This document shows, piece after piece, positions 1 through 14,899 of a stretch of 64,000 bases of DNA. A model generated the notes under the pieces. That model was not told where the DNA came from, made no database searches, and saw only the letters and a list, made by a program, of their open reading frames with translations. Numbering within the stretch: position 1 is the stretch's first letter; every line of letters starts with the position of its first letter. The stretch is from assembly GCA_964016885.1 (NCBI GenBank), contig OZ024742.1, positions 218,426,001-218,490,000 on the forward strand, read 5' to 3'. Made by a program: the position numbers and the translations under genes. Source of the stretch: Eledone cirrhosa (lineage: Eukaryota).

Positions 1-165
1 ACCATGCTTTGCAGCATAGAGTTACGACCCTTTACGGCCTGAGTTCAAATCCCACCGAGGTTAACTTCGCCTTTCATTCTTACAGGGTCGATAAAATAAA
101 GTACCAGTAGCGTACTGAGGGTCGATTTATCCGACTTTCCCCTCCCCCCAAATTACTGGCCTCAT
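1..165 (+). mobile_element. tRNA-derived SINE, 5' part cut by window edge (long form)
   Basis: B-box GAGTTCAAATCC followed by the central domain CTTCGCCTTTCATTCTTACAGGGTCGATAAAATAAAGTACCAG (Meta/MESC-like, from memory), shared with about 25 copies in the window. Confidence 0.8.
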
Positions 166-289
166 TATTTATTTCAAGCAGCCCCTCTCCACACACACCT
201 TTCTATCTCGCTCTTAATCGCTTTTTCTCTATAGGTGAGCGACTTCATACATATAAATGTAAATCTAAAAGTGTACACAGGCAAATATG

Positions 290-350
<61 letters not shown>

Positions 351-556
351 TTGTGTGTGAGTTAGTGGGTGTGTGTGTGCTACTACGTGTGTGAGGGGAG
401 GGGGCACATATGTGTATTAAGAATATAAATAAGTGCAAGACAGGTTTCGACGGCCTAAGTGTTTTATATTTAAGCTTACTAATCCATTATACAATTTACC
501 TTTCAAGCATTTATCATATAAATATAAATATATATATAGAACACACAGACGCCCAC

Positions 557-592
<36 letters not shown>

Positions 593-597
593 ACAGA

Positions 598-650
<53 letters not shown>

Positions 651-681
651 GTGGGCGCATATATATATATATAGATATGTG

Positions 682-972
682 AAAGCGCATGGCTTAGTGA
701 TTAGGGGTTCGAGCTCACAATCGTAATATTATGAGTTCGAATCCTGGACCGAGTAGTACTGTGTGTTCTTGAGCTCCAGTTCACTCAACGATGTTGTCCA
801 AGGGAAAGGCAGTGGCCATACTGTATCGGCCGTTGTCTTTCCCTTGGTGTGGAGAGGTGTGAGAGCATGGGCGACTGCTGGTCATCCACCAACACACCTT
901 GCTCAGGGTTGTGTGGGAGGGTAACTTTCTAGTTGCAAAAGCATGGTCACTCCTGACCGAAGGGGACCTACG
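682..972 (+). mobile_element. tRNA-derived CORE-like SINE
   Basis: A-box TGGCTTAGTGA, B-box GAGTTCGAATCC, then TGTGTTCTTGAGC; related piece at ~53315-53500. Confidence 0.6.
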
Positions 973-997
973 ATATATATATATATATATATAAATA

Positions 998-2099
998 CTA
1001 GCTGACGTACCCAGCTTCACCCGGGTAAACAGATGATAAGAGAAGACAGGTAAAAGAGAAAATGACTGTATTGGATGTTTGTCTGGTCACAGTATGAGGC
1101 GAGTCTGTGGTGTCTGTTTGATACAAAAAACAGTAAAAAAAATCTTCCAGATATACCAGATTCTTCGTTGTACCGTTTGTGCATAGTATATGAACAATTC
1201 TAGGTGCTCCCACGTGGAATAGTGACCTCTAGGAGATGGTTCATCTTCTGCCTGACTGTAAAACGTGTATCATTGCATAGACGTGGTTGTTCCACGTTTC
1301 TCAAAAGGATGATGGAAGTTCCAATCTTTTATATTATATGTAGATATAGATATAGATAATTAATATAAAAGATAATGCTCAGCCAGTTCGTCTTCAACCA
1401 TCGCAGCACGCTGTTGCTGCTTGACTCCAGTGTTTCGTTGGCGTTGTTCAGCCAGCTCCTCTTCGTTCATGGCGGCACGTCTTCGCCTCTGAAGTTCGGC
1501 GTTCCGATGGCGCTGTTCGGCCCGTTTTTCTTCATTCCTGGCTGTACGCCGTCGCCGCTGTAGTTCACTGTTTGATAAAGTCGAATTGCTTTTATTATCA
1601 GTATTCATTTCGAGCAATTGTCAAAAAATGACACAATAATAATGTCCGTCAATGTAAAAAAAGATCCCTATTTACTCCTTTCACAACTCTGTGTATGTTA
1701 GACTGACAGACAGGCACACAGACAGATAAACTGCGTGGCCGTGGCGATTGTGGGACGCCTCACGTACACACACATACACGCATGGAAATGCGCACACGGA
1801 CGCAAACTTACACACGCACCCGTGCACTTACACACACGCACACACTCACACATGTTGATAGTTTTTACTTTTTGTGGAACGCTGCACGCACGCACACACA
1901 CATAAACATACGCGTTCACATTGCCTCTCTGTTTCTTACTCTCTCCTCTGACTCCCTCATTGGCATTATGCATATTAATTTAAGTTTAGCGTCGTTGAGG
2001 TGGGCGGAGTCGTTTGAAACCTATGAACCAATGATAATCGAGAATTATGAGAACACGCAATACTGACATTGTTGAAATTAATATATATATATATATATA
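998..2099 (-). mobile_element. Internally deleted Helitron
   Basis: Minus-strand 3' end is a hairpin TACCCGG..CTGGGTA followed by CTAG|T. Remnants of the Pif1-type helicase (IILLRNVEQPRLCNDTR; RVGAPRIVHILCTNGTTKNLVY) and of charged N-terminal repeats (ORF 1360-1617). Confidence 0.8.
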
Positions 2100-2109
2100 T
2101 GGGGGGGGG

Positions 2110-2268
2110 GTCAGATAGGGTGTGGTAAAAACCAGGTGCACCATAACCCACCAGATTACTCGATACTTGGGGTAGTAGAGTGGGTAATATGAAAAGATTC
2201 AGGATCCCGACGGTTGAGCTCCGGCCGTTTCGAAATGGCCAGAGCTCAACCGTCGGGGACCTGAATCT

Positions 2269-2274
<6 letters not shown>
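2110..2274 (-). mobile_element. Asymmetric hairpin insert, family F2, with the 3' half of an HHR; apex collapsed
   Basis: Inverted arms 2190-2272, an ~80-nt tail on the left arm only, flanked by (TA)n; homologous to 5590-5784, 14173-14241 and 35059-35254. Confidence 0.75.
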
Positions 2275-2334
<60 letters not shown>

Positions 2335-2492
2335 GTGTGTGTGTCTGTGTGTGTATATAGATAGATGGATAGATATAACTGTATATTCATATATATACAT
2401 AGAGGTTTGTACATATGTATAGAGAGAGAGAGTACATATATATAGAGAGAGAGTGAAAAAGAGATGGATAGATATACCTATATATATATGTA

Positions 2493-2547
<55 letters not shown>

Positions 2548-2551
<4 letters not shown>

Positions 2552-3709
2552 TTAAGTATACTATTTATGGTTATGCAAATACAAAAACCTTTTGTAGTTA
2601 TATATATTTTTATAAACCCTAAATAGTGGTAGGCAGTAATATATTACTACCTTATTACCAGTAAGTTAAATAGCTCAATGTAATAACATCAAATGATTTA
2701 CAGAGCAGTTATATGAATTATAAGAATCAAAGAACTGTTCAAAACATTTTTATGCTTACAACTGTTTCCTCCAAACCGAGGTTTGGATTCTTCGGAGCAA
2801 TTTATTATTGAATGAACACTTATATGACCTCCTTTTCACCCAAGAGACATACAGATACATATGCAAATATTGTGGGTCAACATTCATTACAGCATTTAGT
2901 GTGGCAGTACACAATTAGAGATTACATTCATATTAAAAGATACAATCAAAAATACAGGTTAAAATACATGAAATTAAGTGGTTATAGAGTGCAATGGTTA
3001 TACGTGTGGCAAGCACGTGCGTCTTGTTTATATAGTGTGGCAGAGAGTTACGTGTAATAGAAGCACTTAAGTAGGTAATCAAGAGTGTTAAGGGAGTTGA
3101 TCTGGTAATGAATTCTTTATATGATTGTTATAGCCTGTGCGTGGAGAAGTAATATAAGTATTAAAAATAATGTAAGCATTAAAAATATTGGAAATGCGTA
3201 GCGAAGCGATGATATGGATTTCATGCACTGCGACATTATCATAGTCCGGGGAGCGTATTTTTCAGAGTATATGCCCCTCACATAATCCACCACGATTCGA
3301 TATTGGGCGTTTGACAATCCAGTTAGAGAATCGTAGTCTGATGTTCTTTAGCTCAATACAGGAGGTTGTTACGTTGCGAGAATCGACATCGAAATATTAC
3401 CCGGAAGTGTGTGTGTGGCTAAGGGGAGTTAATGCATGAGGGGAGGTAACTCAGTGGTTTCTATTATTAACTATTAAATTGTGTCTCAAAATAGTCCCTA
3501 ACTTCTATGGTTATGCGCAGTTTCTAAAAATTTAAAGTGTTTTAACTATAATGTAGTCTATTAAGCTGTGCTGAAGGTGTTCCTATTATGGTGATTATCC
3601 TCCATCGTAGAGTGCCACAAATGAATATTATACACGACGAGCGAGATTTCTAAATTAATGATCACTGTGATTGTAGTCTACTCATAGAACCAGGCAATGT
3701 GATTGCAGA

Positions 3710-3715
<6 letters not shown>
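2548..3715 (-). mobile_element. (TA)n-flanked non-coding Penelope pLTR-like insert with a U4C HHR
   Basis: 2548-2850 is homologous to 35298-35710; no credible ORF; the upstream boundary is uncertain. Confidence 0.6.
2753..2799 (-). ncRNA. Type I hammerhead motif, U4C variant
   Basis: UGCU CCGAAGA A UCCAAACC UC GGUUUGGA G GAAA CAGUUG UA^ AGCA. Confidence 0.7.
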
Positions 3716-3752
<37 letters not shown>

Positions 3753-3798
3753 AAATAAAATAACAAGGATGATTGGTTACTCCTTCATTACGTTTATT

Positions 3799-3890
3799 GG
3801 TTGATGACGCGCGTTTCGCCACTGTTCAGCTCAAGGTTCGATATGTATCAATCTGACCCGACTCTGCAACCCGGGGCTCGTCACACACCT
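3799..3890 (-). ncRNA. Degenerate type I hammerhead motif
   Basis: GUGACGA GCC..(~50 nt)..GGC GAAA CGCGCG UC^: palindromic stem III and GUC triplet, but C3G and a weak stem I; followed by AAUAAA and then (TA)n. Confidence 0.5.
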
Positions 3891-4505
3891 TGTAATGGTA
3901 ATGGAAAAATGAATATACATGCCGTATGATCAAGTCAGATGTTCCTATGGTAGTCAGTAAAGTGTGTTTTGATTGGTGGATTAATTCATAGGGATTTTTT
4001 TGCCTATAGTGTATGGGGGGGGGGCGATAATTTGGTGGTGCCGGTCGTAGGTTGAAGTTGGTGGCGGTGTGGGGGCGCTGGTTGTCGGTAGACAGTTTGG
4101 CATGTAGATATGACTGATTTTTGTGCGTGGTGTTGTTGTTTATGATAAGGATGAAAGGTTGCGGTGTTTATGGTGGGGTGGCATTTGTAGTAGTGGATTG
4201 TAAGGGGGCTCATTCTATAAGGAGATACATATATACACACGTAGCCTGACAAATATATTTTATACATACACATGTGTATATAGTATATAGCTAGTGGGAA
4301 TGGCGGTTGTACGAACATACTTACACACAGACACACACACATGCGTTGTTTAGGGAGGGGTGATAGGCGTGGTATGTATTGGTGATGTTGATGGTTGTGG
4401 AAATATGGCGATGTGCTTGGTGGTGGTGGTGGTGGTGGGGGTGACGGGTGCGACACGATATTTACAGGATCGAATGTTACGATGGTCAGAGAAAACTCCA
4501 AGTTA

Positions 4506-5845
<1,340 letters not shown>

Positions 5846-5956
5846 ATATATATACATATATATATATATATATGTAAAAGGTAAACAGAAATAACAACAC
5901 AGTCGGTACAGTATATGGAAGGGATATAAGTATAAACGTATATTTGTGTGAAACAG

Positions 5957-5992
5957 AGTCAGTACTCGGAGTTTCTCATTCTTCAGGCGACT
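5957..5992 (-). ncRNA. Minimal type I hammerhead motif lacking stem II
   Basis: AGUCGC CUGAAGA AUGA GAAA CUC C GAG UA^ CUGACU, ~85 nt from a (TA)n junction. Confidence 0.65.
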
Positions 5993-6608
5993 GGCGATTT
6001 TGCTTTTGAAGCTTTCTTATACTTTATAAACATTGGCTGATCAGGTCTTACTGAAAATACATTAGGTATGAATTACTGTTTACACAGGAGGATATGTGAC
6101 GATGTTTAAAAAAAGATGGCAAATAATTTTATAATTTTTGACGAATTATTATAGATATGTATAGAATGATATGTCTTGGTAAGATTGCTCGTAGAGAGAT
6201 ATTGATTTTAATGTGTTGGACTTATGAACAAAGAATTCTTAAACATTTGCAGTAATGAATTTGGGAAAGGAAATTATAATCCATTTGACGATGGGGAGTA
6301 AAAGTCAGCTGAGATTTTCAGAAGCATCGACCTCTACATATTCACATATTATTCACAAATTGTCGCAGTGAAGGGACCATAGAGTAGAAAGCCAGAACAA
6401 ATACAGCAAGATATTCTACCAGACAATCAATTTTGGCCGGTTGCACTAACATATGAATCTTTCTATGAGAAGAGGCCGCTAGCTTCTCAGCTTCTCACTC
6501 AAGCCTTCTCGATTTCTGGAAAGAGGGGCACAGCGAGTGGTTACCCAAAGAATATTATCACAGCACAATGTGGCCGAGATAGAGAGAGACAGAAAGACAG
6601 AGAGACAA

Positions 6609-6691
<83 letters not shown>

Positions 6692-6699
6692 GTGGAAAT

Positions 6700-6850
6700 C
6701 GTTTCCAGTACATAGCTGATACTTTATTATCGACTCTGAAAGGGTGAAAGGCAATATTGACTTCGGTGGGATTTGAACTCACACAGGGAGCCGGAATAAA
6801 GTAGACAAGGAATTCTATTCCAAGCTCTAGCGACTCTGTGAATTCGCCGT
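6700..6850 (-). mobile_element. Old SINE copy
   Basis: Degenerate central domain and B-box (GGATTTGAACTC on the + strand). Confidence 0.65.
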
Positions 6851-7617
6851 TATGCTGGTTATGTAGAAGACAATTGATTGCCCCCCACCCCCAGCACCAG
6901 GAAGCCCTTCACTGATCGCTATGGTTAGGTTAGGGTTAGGGAGCAACCCAATCACACTCAACCCTCAAAAAGAAATAGCGATGATCATGACTAAAATGTC
7001 TTCTTTTTTACATAGATCTACTGGATAAGAGTCGACCTAGGGCTAAACAACACCGACTAGGATTTGATCTACTACACAAAACACAGTAATATATGTAATG
7101 CGGGTGTCAGGGGTCTCTACTGCTCTAATACCCCGATGCCTTAATTCCTATCGATTTCTTAAATTGTTATCAACAGGCCACAAATTGAGGACTCAGTGTA
7201 GTGTCAATTGTAGCCCATCTGTCTGATAAACTTTTGTGTATTTAATGGTTTAATGATTTCTAAAGAGATGGGTGCGTTGTCTTGCAACAACAAAAACCAA
7301 CAACAACAACTATAAAAGAAACGACGAAACAAAACCAGATAACGGTTTCGTTCGACAAAATACTGAAGAGACAAAATGGAGTATAGTCAAAGGGTATAAC
7401 ATACAGACTGAGACACACACACTTGCATACGCTCATCCCCATCCCATATATATATTTGAATGTGTGTGTGTGTGTGTGTACGTACAAACATATGTGTGTA
7501 TTATTGCTTATTAAGTAGTATAATAGTTTGTGCACACGTGCAGAAACAAGCAGACGATTACGGGTGAATAAACATCAGTACAGCCACATATATACTCTTG
7601 AAACACGATAAAGCATA

Positions 7618-7618
<1 letters not shown>

Positions 7619-7710
<92 letters not shown>

Positions 7711-7735
7711 TGTGTATATATATATACATACATAT

Positions 7736-7766
<31 letters not shown>

Positions 7767-7963
7767 CATACATACACAGATATATACATATACATATATA
7801 TACATATATATATATACATATTATATATACATATACATATATATACATATTATGTGTACATATATATATATATATACATATATGTATATATACATATACA
7901 TATATATAGATACATATACATATATATATACATACATATACATATATATATACATACATATAC

Positions 7964-8000
<37 letters not shown>

Positions 8001-8053
8001 CATACATACATATACATATATATACATACATATATATATACATATATATATAT

Positions 8054-8096
<43 letters not shown>

Positions 8097-8133
8097 TACA
8101 TATACACATACATATACATACATATATATACAT

Positions 8134-8164
<31 letters not shown>

Positions 8165-8186
8165 CACATACATTTACATACATATA

Positions 8187-8228
<42 letters not shown>

Positions 8229-8323
8229 AATATAAATATATACACATACATATATATACATATACATATATATATATACACATACATATACATACATATA
8301 TATGTATGTATATACACATACAT

Positions 8324-8370
<47 letters not shown>

Positions 8371-8401
8371 TCCATATACATATGTAAATATATATGTATA
8401 C

Positions 8402-8450
<49 letters not shown>

Positions 8451-8545
8451 AGAGAGCTGAATATGTGTCTGTCTGTCTGTCTGTATGTATATATATGTAT
8501 GAGTATATGTGTGTGTATGTGTATGCGTGTAGGTAGGTATACATG
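7619..8545. repeat. Compound (TA)n/(CA)n/(TACA)n microsatellite
   Basis: Direct reading; it explains the many YIYI ORFs. Confidence 0.95.
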
Positions 8546-8655
8546 AACATTCATTTTACTCCAGGTGTAAGATAAAACATTTAGCATATTAATATTTAAA
8601 TGCAGTTCAGGCCACCTGGTTTACAGCTCCATATTGATTAACACTGTTAACACTC

Positions 8656-8746
<91 letters not shown>

Positions 8747-9395
8747 TGCGTGTGTGCGTGCGTGTGCGTGTGTGTGTGTGTGTATATATTGGTATATATA
8801 AGGTATTGTGAAATATATAACCGCCTTAGCTAAGCTAAGTATTGCCACAACCACGGCTGGCAAAGAAGTAAGAGACTGGTGGTACGTAAGTAAGCAACAA
8901 TGTGGCTTAAAACGTGAGGAAGAAGTTGTGTGCACTTACCAACTGTTTAGGGATTGAGTGTGAGATTTCTCTTGAGCAAGGGTGGCAGAATAACTGGAGG
9001 CAGCAGACAGCCAGACATACAGACAGATATTATAAGGGCGCGTGGTTATATGTATGTATCTATCTAAAAAGAGAAAGACTAAGAATTATAGAGAGAGATC
9101 GCTAAATCGCCTAATGCGGTCCTTAGGGCATTGGAAATTTGAAATTCTTTTTGCTCAGAACACTCCCTGAAACATAAGTATTACATGTGTAAAGTTTGAA
9201 AACAGTCGGTTGGGTGCTTCTCTAGTTTTAGGGATTCAAACTCACACACACACAGAGACAGACATCCTCAATTTTATATATATATATATATAATGGAAAA
9301 ATTTGAACAGGGACAAAACAGAGAGGCAGTACAACAAACGTTTATTAATTTCACGCTCTGGAGAGTGGGGTGTTGGTGGGGGACTCTCCCTCTCT

Positions 9396-9443
<48 letters not shown>

Positions 9444-10632
9444 AGAGAGGGAGAGTATGTGTGTGAGAGAGAGAGAGAGAGAGAGATACACAAGAACTCC
9501 AGTATGTACTTTATACTGTATACATACATACATAAATACATACATACATACATACATACATATGTACTTACATACATACATGGTGGCTGCCAACTCGTTT
9601 TCGAGTACGACCACTACTTTATATCCATGTAGGAGAACCCCTACCGATGCGCTGAACGAGTGTGACTTTTTAGTCCAGCCAGCGACTTGAAAACTCTGGT
9701 ACAAACACTACACTTATGACAATTATTGACACATTGTGCTGGGCCCATGGTACCATGTGACGACAAGTGGAGAGAGATCTCCAGATATAAAGCAATGCCT
9801 GTGCCGTGAAGCTTTTATAGTGATCAAAAGCACTGCACAAAGCCAGTCCAACTCTCTTAAACAAGATGATATTTACCAAAAAGAAGAACAAGTCAACATC
9901 ATTGGATACCATCAGGGTTGCAGGTGTTATATCAGTTTTCCTTCTCTTAGAATTCTGCCTTGACAAAGGCTAAGGGGTCATCTCTCCCGGTGATTTTGAA
10001 TGGCCATTGACTCTTAAGAGCATACATACATACATACATACATACATACATACATACATACATACATACATACATACATACATCTCCCTAATTCATAGTC
10101 TACAAATGGCTGCGATAGCTGGCACCTTCAAAATTTGCAAAACATTCTTGGGATTCAAGGGATGACAATTTCTTTTCTTTTACAACCTTGCCACCAGGAA
10201 GGTGGCCGGTCAAAAAAATATTTTTGACCGAAATTAAGAGAAAGAGAAAACATACATACATACATACATACATACATACATACATGCTCTGAAAGTGCAA
10301 ACAATATGAAAGATATTTGATTCAACATACAAAAAAAAAAGTCTCAAACACGCACACATACAAACACACTTACACATGCATAGCCACTCACTCACATTTA
10401 TAAAGACAAATACACCCACCCACACATCCACAAACACGCTGCAATAAAAATGAACAGTATAATAGAGAACCGCTAGTATTCATATAATAGTATACCGTCT
10501 ATACAACTTAGGTAAATATCAAGAGCCATTATGTGCAAGCTCTCTGCGAACAGCAAATATATCTTATATATTATCTATCATGTTAAAAAATGCTTTCATA
10601 TCAACTGCTGACCCAATAGTAGGTTACCAACT

Positions 10633-11490
10633 AATAATTGTTTCTACTTTTGGCACAAGGCCAGAAATTAGCCAGTGCATTACTGGTACTTTTTTTATCG
10701 ACCCCGTAAGGATGAAAGGTAAAGTTAACCTCGGCGGGATTCGAACTCAGAATGGCAAGGGCCGTAACTCTATGCGTCAAAGCATAGCGTCCGACCCTCT
10801 ACTGATACTGCCAATCCACCGCCATCTAATAACGGTTACCAACTAATAATGATTTCTACTATAGGCACAAGGCCAGCAATTTTGGGGAGGGGAAAGTCGA
10901 TTAAATCGACCCGAGTGCATTACTGGTGCTTTAGTTTATCGACCCCGTAAGTATGAAAGGCAAAGTTAACCTCGGCGGGATTTTAACTCAGACAATAAAG
11001 GGGCGTAACTCTGTGCTACAAAGCATGGTGTCCTACTCTACCGACACTGCCAACCCACCGCCCTCGATTAACAACTAAGAATAATAGTTTCTGCTTTTGG
11101 CATCGGACCAGCGATTTGAAAGGAAGGAGAAAGTCAATTAAATAGACCCCAGTGCATTACTGGTACTTTATTTTATCGACCCAGTAAGGATGAAAAGCAA
11201 AACTAACCTTGATGGGATTTGAACTCAGACCGTAAAGGGCCATAACTCTATGCAACAAATCATGGTGTCCGATGCTCTACCGATGCTGCCAATAATAATA
11301 ATTGTTTCTACTTTTGGCACAAGGCCAGCAATTATCCCAGTGTATTACTGGTACTTTATTTTATCGAACCCGTAAGGATGAAAGGCAAAGTTAACCTCGG
11401 CGGGATTTGAACTCAGTCCGTAAAGGGACGTAACTGTGCTGGAAAGCATGGCGTCCGACCCTCTACCGATACTGCCAATCCACCGCCCTA
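10633..11490 (-). mobile_element. Head-to-tail cluster of four SINE copies
   Basis: Copies at ~10633-10825, 10845-11065, 11080-11290 and 11298-11490; GGTTACCAACTAATAAT is duplicated around the first copy. Confidence 0.9.
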
Positions 11491-11493
11491 ATA

Positions 11494-11524
<31 letters not shown>

Positions 11525-11529
11525 TACCA

Positions 11530-12805
11530 ATAATGATTTCTTTATTAACCACGAGGGTTTACATAAAGTAGACATTAAGGACAGTGCAGGACAATACAGG
11601 ACGGTACAAATGGGCATTTCTGCGTGTAAAAAACAAAAACAGAGGATGTAACAAAAAAATAACAATGAAAAATTCCCCAATAGGGGGGAGACTTCGGAGG
11701 GACATTTGTGGAGAAAGCCCATTAAAAGGCCACAGTGACCCTGACCACCAAGACAAGTGCCTTCTCCTAGTTTTCCACTTTTAATTTACAGACACATACT
11801 CAGAGTAGGCCCATTCACTAGGACCATTCATGCTTCTCTCACCCATCTTTCAACAAAATGCTGGGAAGAGAGCACTTCCCTCTCTACCCTGATTTTCCTT
11901 TTCAAATGAAATTTGAAAAAGTTAATCAGGGCATCACCGAAGAGGTAAGTGCGCGTCTTCAGCCCTTTCAAACGTGTCCACCATACTATCTCTTTCGCCA
12001 TGGCCACCAGACAGATAAAAACTGCCTGCCCTTCCCGGCTAAAGGAAGAGGGCGGGGCAATCCTCACGATGGACTCAGCTGATAGCCGGATCCGTCCTAC
12101 ACGCGAAAGCAGGTGTTCGACATAAACCCACAAGTCAGCAATTCTCGGACACTGGACGAGTGCGTGCAGGATTGTTTCGTCGCCCTGCACGCATCTCCGA
12201 CATGCCCGGCTGACGGCACCTCCATGCCTGTAGAGTTTATCCCGAACTGGCAAGGCTCCTCGGTAGCACTGCCAGGCCAGGGATTTCTGGAAGTTGTCCA
12301 TAGGCCCCGGCCCGAAAGTCCTTCCGAAGAGATTGGCTAGTTGATTTTCGTCGACGCCTAGAGTTTCCCCAAGTGCGTCGTCGCTCTTCCCCTCCAGTAA
12401 TCCTCTATAGAACGCCGAGGTGGAGTTTCCACCGATCACATCGCCCGATTGGTCGAGGATTGTGAGCGCCTGAAGACATTTCAGTCTCCAAGCGCTCCCT
12501 CTCGGTCGTCGCTTGACCCAGGACTGCAGCTCCGTCAAGGAGACGAGCTGGGGAAAGACGTGTCTAGCAAACGGCGACCACACCTGATCACCGTCGAGGA
12601 AGAGGTGGAGATGTCGTAGCTTGAGCACGTATCTGCGCATCATCAGCCACAGCAAGCTCAGCCCTCCACGTAGCGAGTGTTGACAGCAGATGGACCGCCT
12701 GACCATCGGAGCGCGTCCCTTCCACAAAAAGCGAAAGGGAAAACGCTCCAGCGCAGTCAGGCGAGGCTTAGGACAAGGTACAACGGTCAGGCGGTAGTAG
12801 ATGAA
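11530..12805 (-). mobile_element. 5'-truncated Tx1/L1-clade LINE (ORF2 C-terminus + 3' UTR)
   Basis: ORF 11828-12727 with a zf-RVT-like motif AWQCYRGALPVRDKL..CRRC..ETILHALVQCP; 3' end GTGGTTAATAAAGAAA. Confidence 0.85.
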
Positions 12806-13311
12806 CTGCCAATAATAATAATAATAATAATAATATCAAGAAGAAGAAGAAGAAGAAGAAGAAGAAGAAGAAGGAGAAGAAGAAGAAGAAAACTAGAAGA
12901 AAGCGAGAGAAAAGCGTGAATAAATCCGGAGGAAATAGTAAAAAAAAGGGGGATAACCTCGGTGGGATTTGAACTCAGAACATAAAGGACGTTAATTATA
13001 TTCCGCAAAACATTGTTTGACGTTCTACCGTTATTGCCACAAAGGCATCGGATGAAGGTGACGTTACGAAAACAAGTTACAACATGCAGCTGGGATTTAT
13101 ATAGAGACGGAGCAAAAGAGTAGGTAACAAATATATAAGAGTATAGTATTTGAATTATGTTTCATAGTAAACAATTGAATAAGGTATTCACTCCTCCTGG
13201 TAAAGCGTGTTGTATACTGAAGCTTAATTGAGGAACCCCGAAGATGATCCCAATCACCCTGATTACCAAAGGTAAGTTCCCGCCCCCAACTGTCATTGTC
13301 CGACCTACAAG

Positions 13312-13390
<79 letters not shown>

Positions 13391-13391
<1 letters not shown>

Positions 13392-14165
13392 GTAAAATAA
13401 CGGCACAAAGGACTCGCGTATAATCCTGTAATTAAATGAGCTCAAAGGAAATAGTTTTCCTGGGCACTTTAAATACAATATATAGAGGGGAAAGACACAG
13501 AAGAGTGTGTTTTTCTTTACAGGAATTTCAAACCACCAGCGTGAAGAGAATATAAGCTACTAGAGGCATTGGTAAAACATTAAAATTAAAAGTATAAATT
13601 AAAATGAGAAACCAACCTCATACCTAGGTCACACATGTACACACTCACCAGGAGCATGTTAGCCATTTTAGTGGGTTCCAATACGGCCCGGTGGGTCATC
13701 AGCATGTGGAAGGCCGATATTGTCCGCACTACTAGAGAGAGAGAACTAAAGTAAACCACCCTTCGCACGTGTAGACATAAGAGAAATGCGAGCGCGGGGC
13801 AGTAACTGGTGGCATGAACAGAACAAGCTGCTAGAAATGGCAGCCTATACTATTCAATTTATGGTGCTCAACAGCAGAGAGAGCGCAAAGAGCAAATATC
13901 AAGTAAAATAACGGAACAAAGGACTCGCGTATAACCCTGTAATTAAATGAGCTCAAAGGAAATAGTTTTCCTGGGCACTTTAATGGCGAAACATTCTCCT
14001 GTGTGACCTAGGTATGAGGTTGATTTCTTATTTTAATTTATACTTTTAATTTTAATGTTTTACCAATGCCTCTAGTAGCTTATATTCTCTTCACGCTGGT
14101 GGTTTGAAATTCCTGTAAAGAAAAACACACTCTTCTGTGTTTTTCCCCTCTATATATTGTATTTA
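13391..14165 (-). mobile_element. 511-nt non-coding HHR unit with duplicated tail and inverted arm (family F3)
   Basis: A at 13391-13472 equals A at 13902-13983; B at 13472-13668 is inverted at 13982-14165; TA flanks. Confidence 0.85.
13632..13708 (-). ncRNA. Type I hammerhead motif (GAAA mutated in this copy, intact in the inverted arm)
   Basis: CACAUG CUGAUGA C CCA..UGG C [UAA; GAAA at 13988-13991] CAUGCUC CUGGU GAGUGUG UA^ CAUGUG. Confidence 0.7.
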
Positions 14166-14172
14166 TATATAT

Positions 14173-14241
14173 ACTCTTGAGTCCAGAAATAGCCGCCGAA
14201 ACGGCTTGAGCTCTGCCGTCGGGGTATTGAACATTTTCCTA
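14173..14241 (+). mobile_element. Isolated tail-less arm of an F2 hairpin
   Basis: GAGTCCAGAAATAGCCGCCGAAACGGCTTGAGCTCTGCCGTCGGGG..TTTTCCTA then (TA)n. Confidence 0.75.
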
Positions 14242-14373
14242 TATATATATATATATATTAATAAGAGGAATTCCAACTTTGTCTGATTTACTCGTTTTAT
14301 TTACAATCCTTTAAAATATATAATGGTATTATAATGAAATAGTATGATAGAATATTAAATTCTAAGTGTTAAT

Positions 14374-14412
14374 TGAACAAGTACTTTCATGCTTTCACAA
14401 TCTTCAGGTTCA
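14374..14412 (-). ncRNA. Inverted copy of the minimal hammerhead at 14486-14524
   Basis: Exact reverse complement of 14486-14524. Confidence 0.85.
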
Positions 14413-14485
14413 TAATATGTGGTGACAGTCAAGTTTGCAATTTTCAACAGTTGAAAATTGCAAACTTGACTGTCACCACATATTA

Positions 14486-14524
14486 TGAACCTGAAGATTG
14501 TGAAAGCATGAAAGTACTTGTTCA
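14486..14524 (+). ncRNA. Minimal type I hammerhead motif, palindromic stem III
   Basis: UGAAC CUGAAGA U UGU GAAA GCA U GAAA GUAC UU^ GUUCA. Confidence 0.85.
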
Positions 14525-14899
14525 ATTAACACTTAGAATTTAATATTCTATCATACTATTTCATTATAATACCATATTATATAAATTTTAAAGGATTGTA
14601 AATAAAACGAGTAAATCAGACAAAGTTGGAATTCCTCTTATTAATATAATCTTCTATACACAATCATACACACCCGTGTGTATATATATATATATATACA
14701 ATTAGTATGTTCGCTCCAACATAGCCATATACATACATGTATGTAAAGTTTGCATATCAAATAATATGGTTTCTTATTTAGGCACAAGGCCAGAAATTTC
14801 GGGGAAGGGGAAAGTCGATTAAATCGACCTCAGTACGTGACTGCCAATCCACCGCCCTTTGTATATGAAATAATATACGATATGTTTATGAATAAATAT

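Larger units (their letters stand above)
14255..14682 (+). mobile_element. Near-perfect ~195-bp-arm hairpin with an HHR on each strand and a ~35-nt tail
   Basis: Arms 14255-14448 and 14450-14648, (TA)n flanks. Confidence 0.85.

Noticed and set aside
430-470. GAAA-CCUG-UC HHR 3' half on the minus strand
   Set aside because: No CUGANGA-like core or stem I partner found
6922-6940. TTAGGG/TTAGG repeats (also ~20604 and 48285-48340)
   Set aside because: Only 2-3 units; not an interstitial telomere
7558-8587. Long ORFs rich in Y/I/H/T (also at 23602-27164 and 40125-41087)
   Set aside because: Translations of microsatellites that lack stop codons; no coding signal
10633-11490. Regularly spaced repeats resembling a CRISPR array
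   Set aside because: They are whole SINE copies; eukaryotic context, no cas genes
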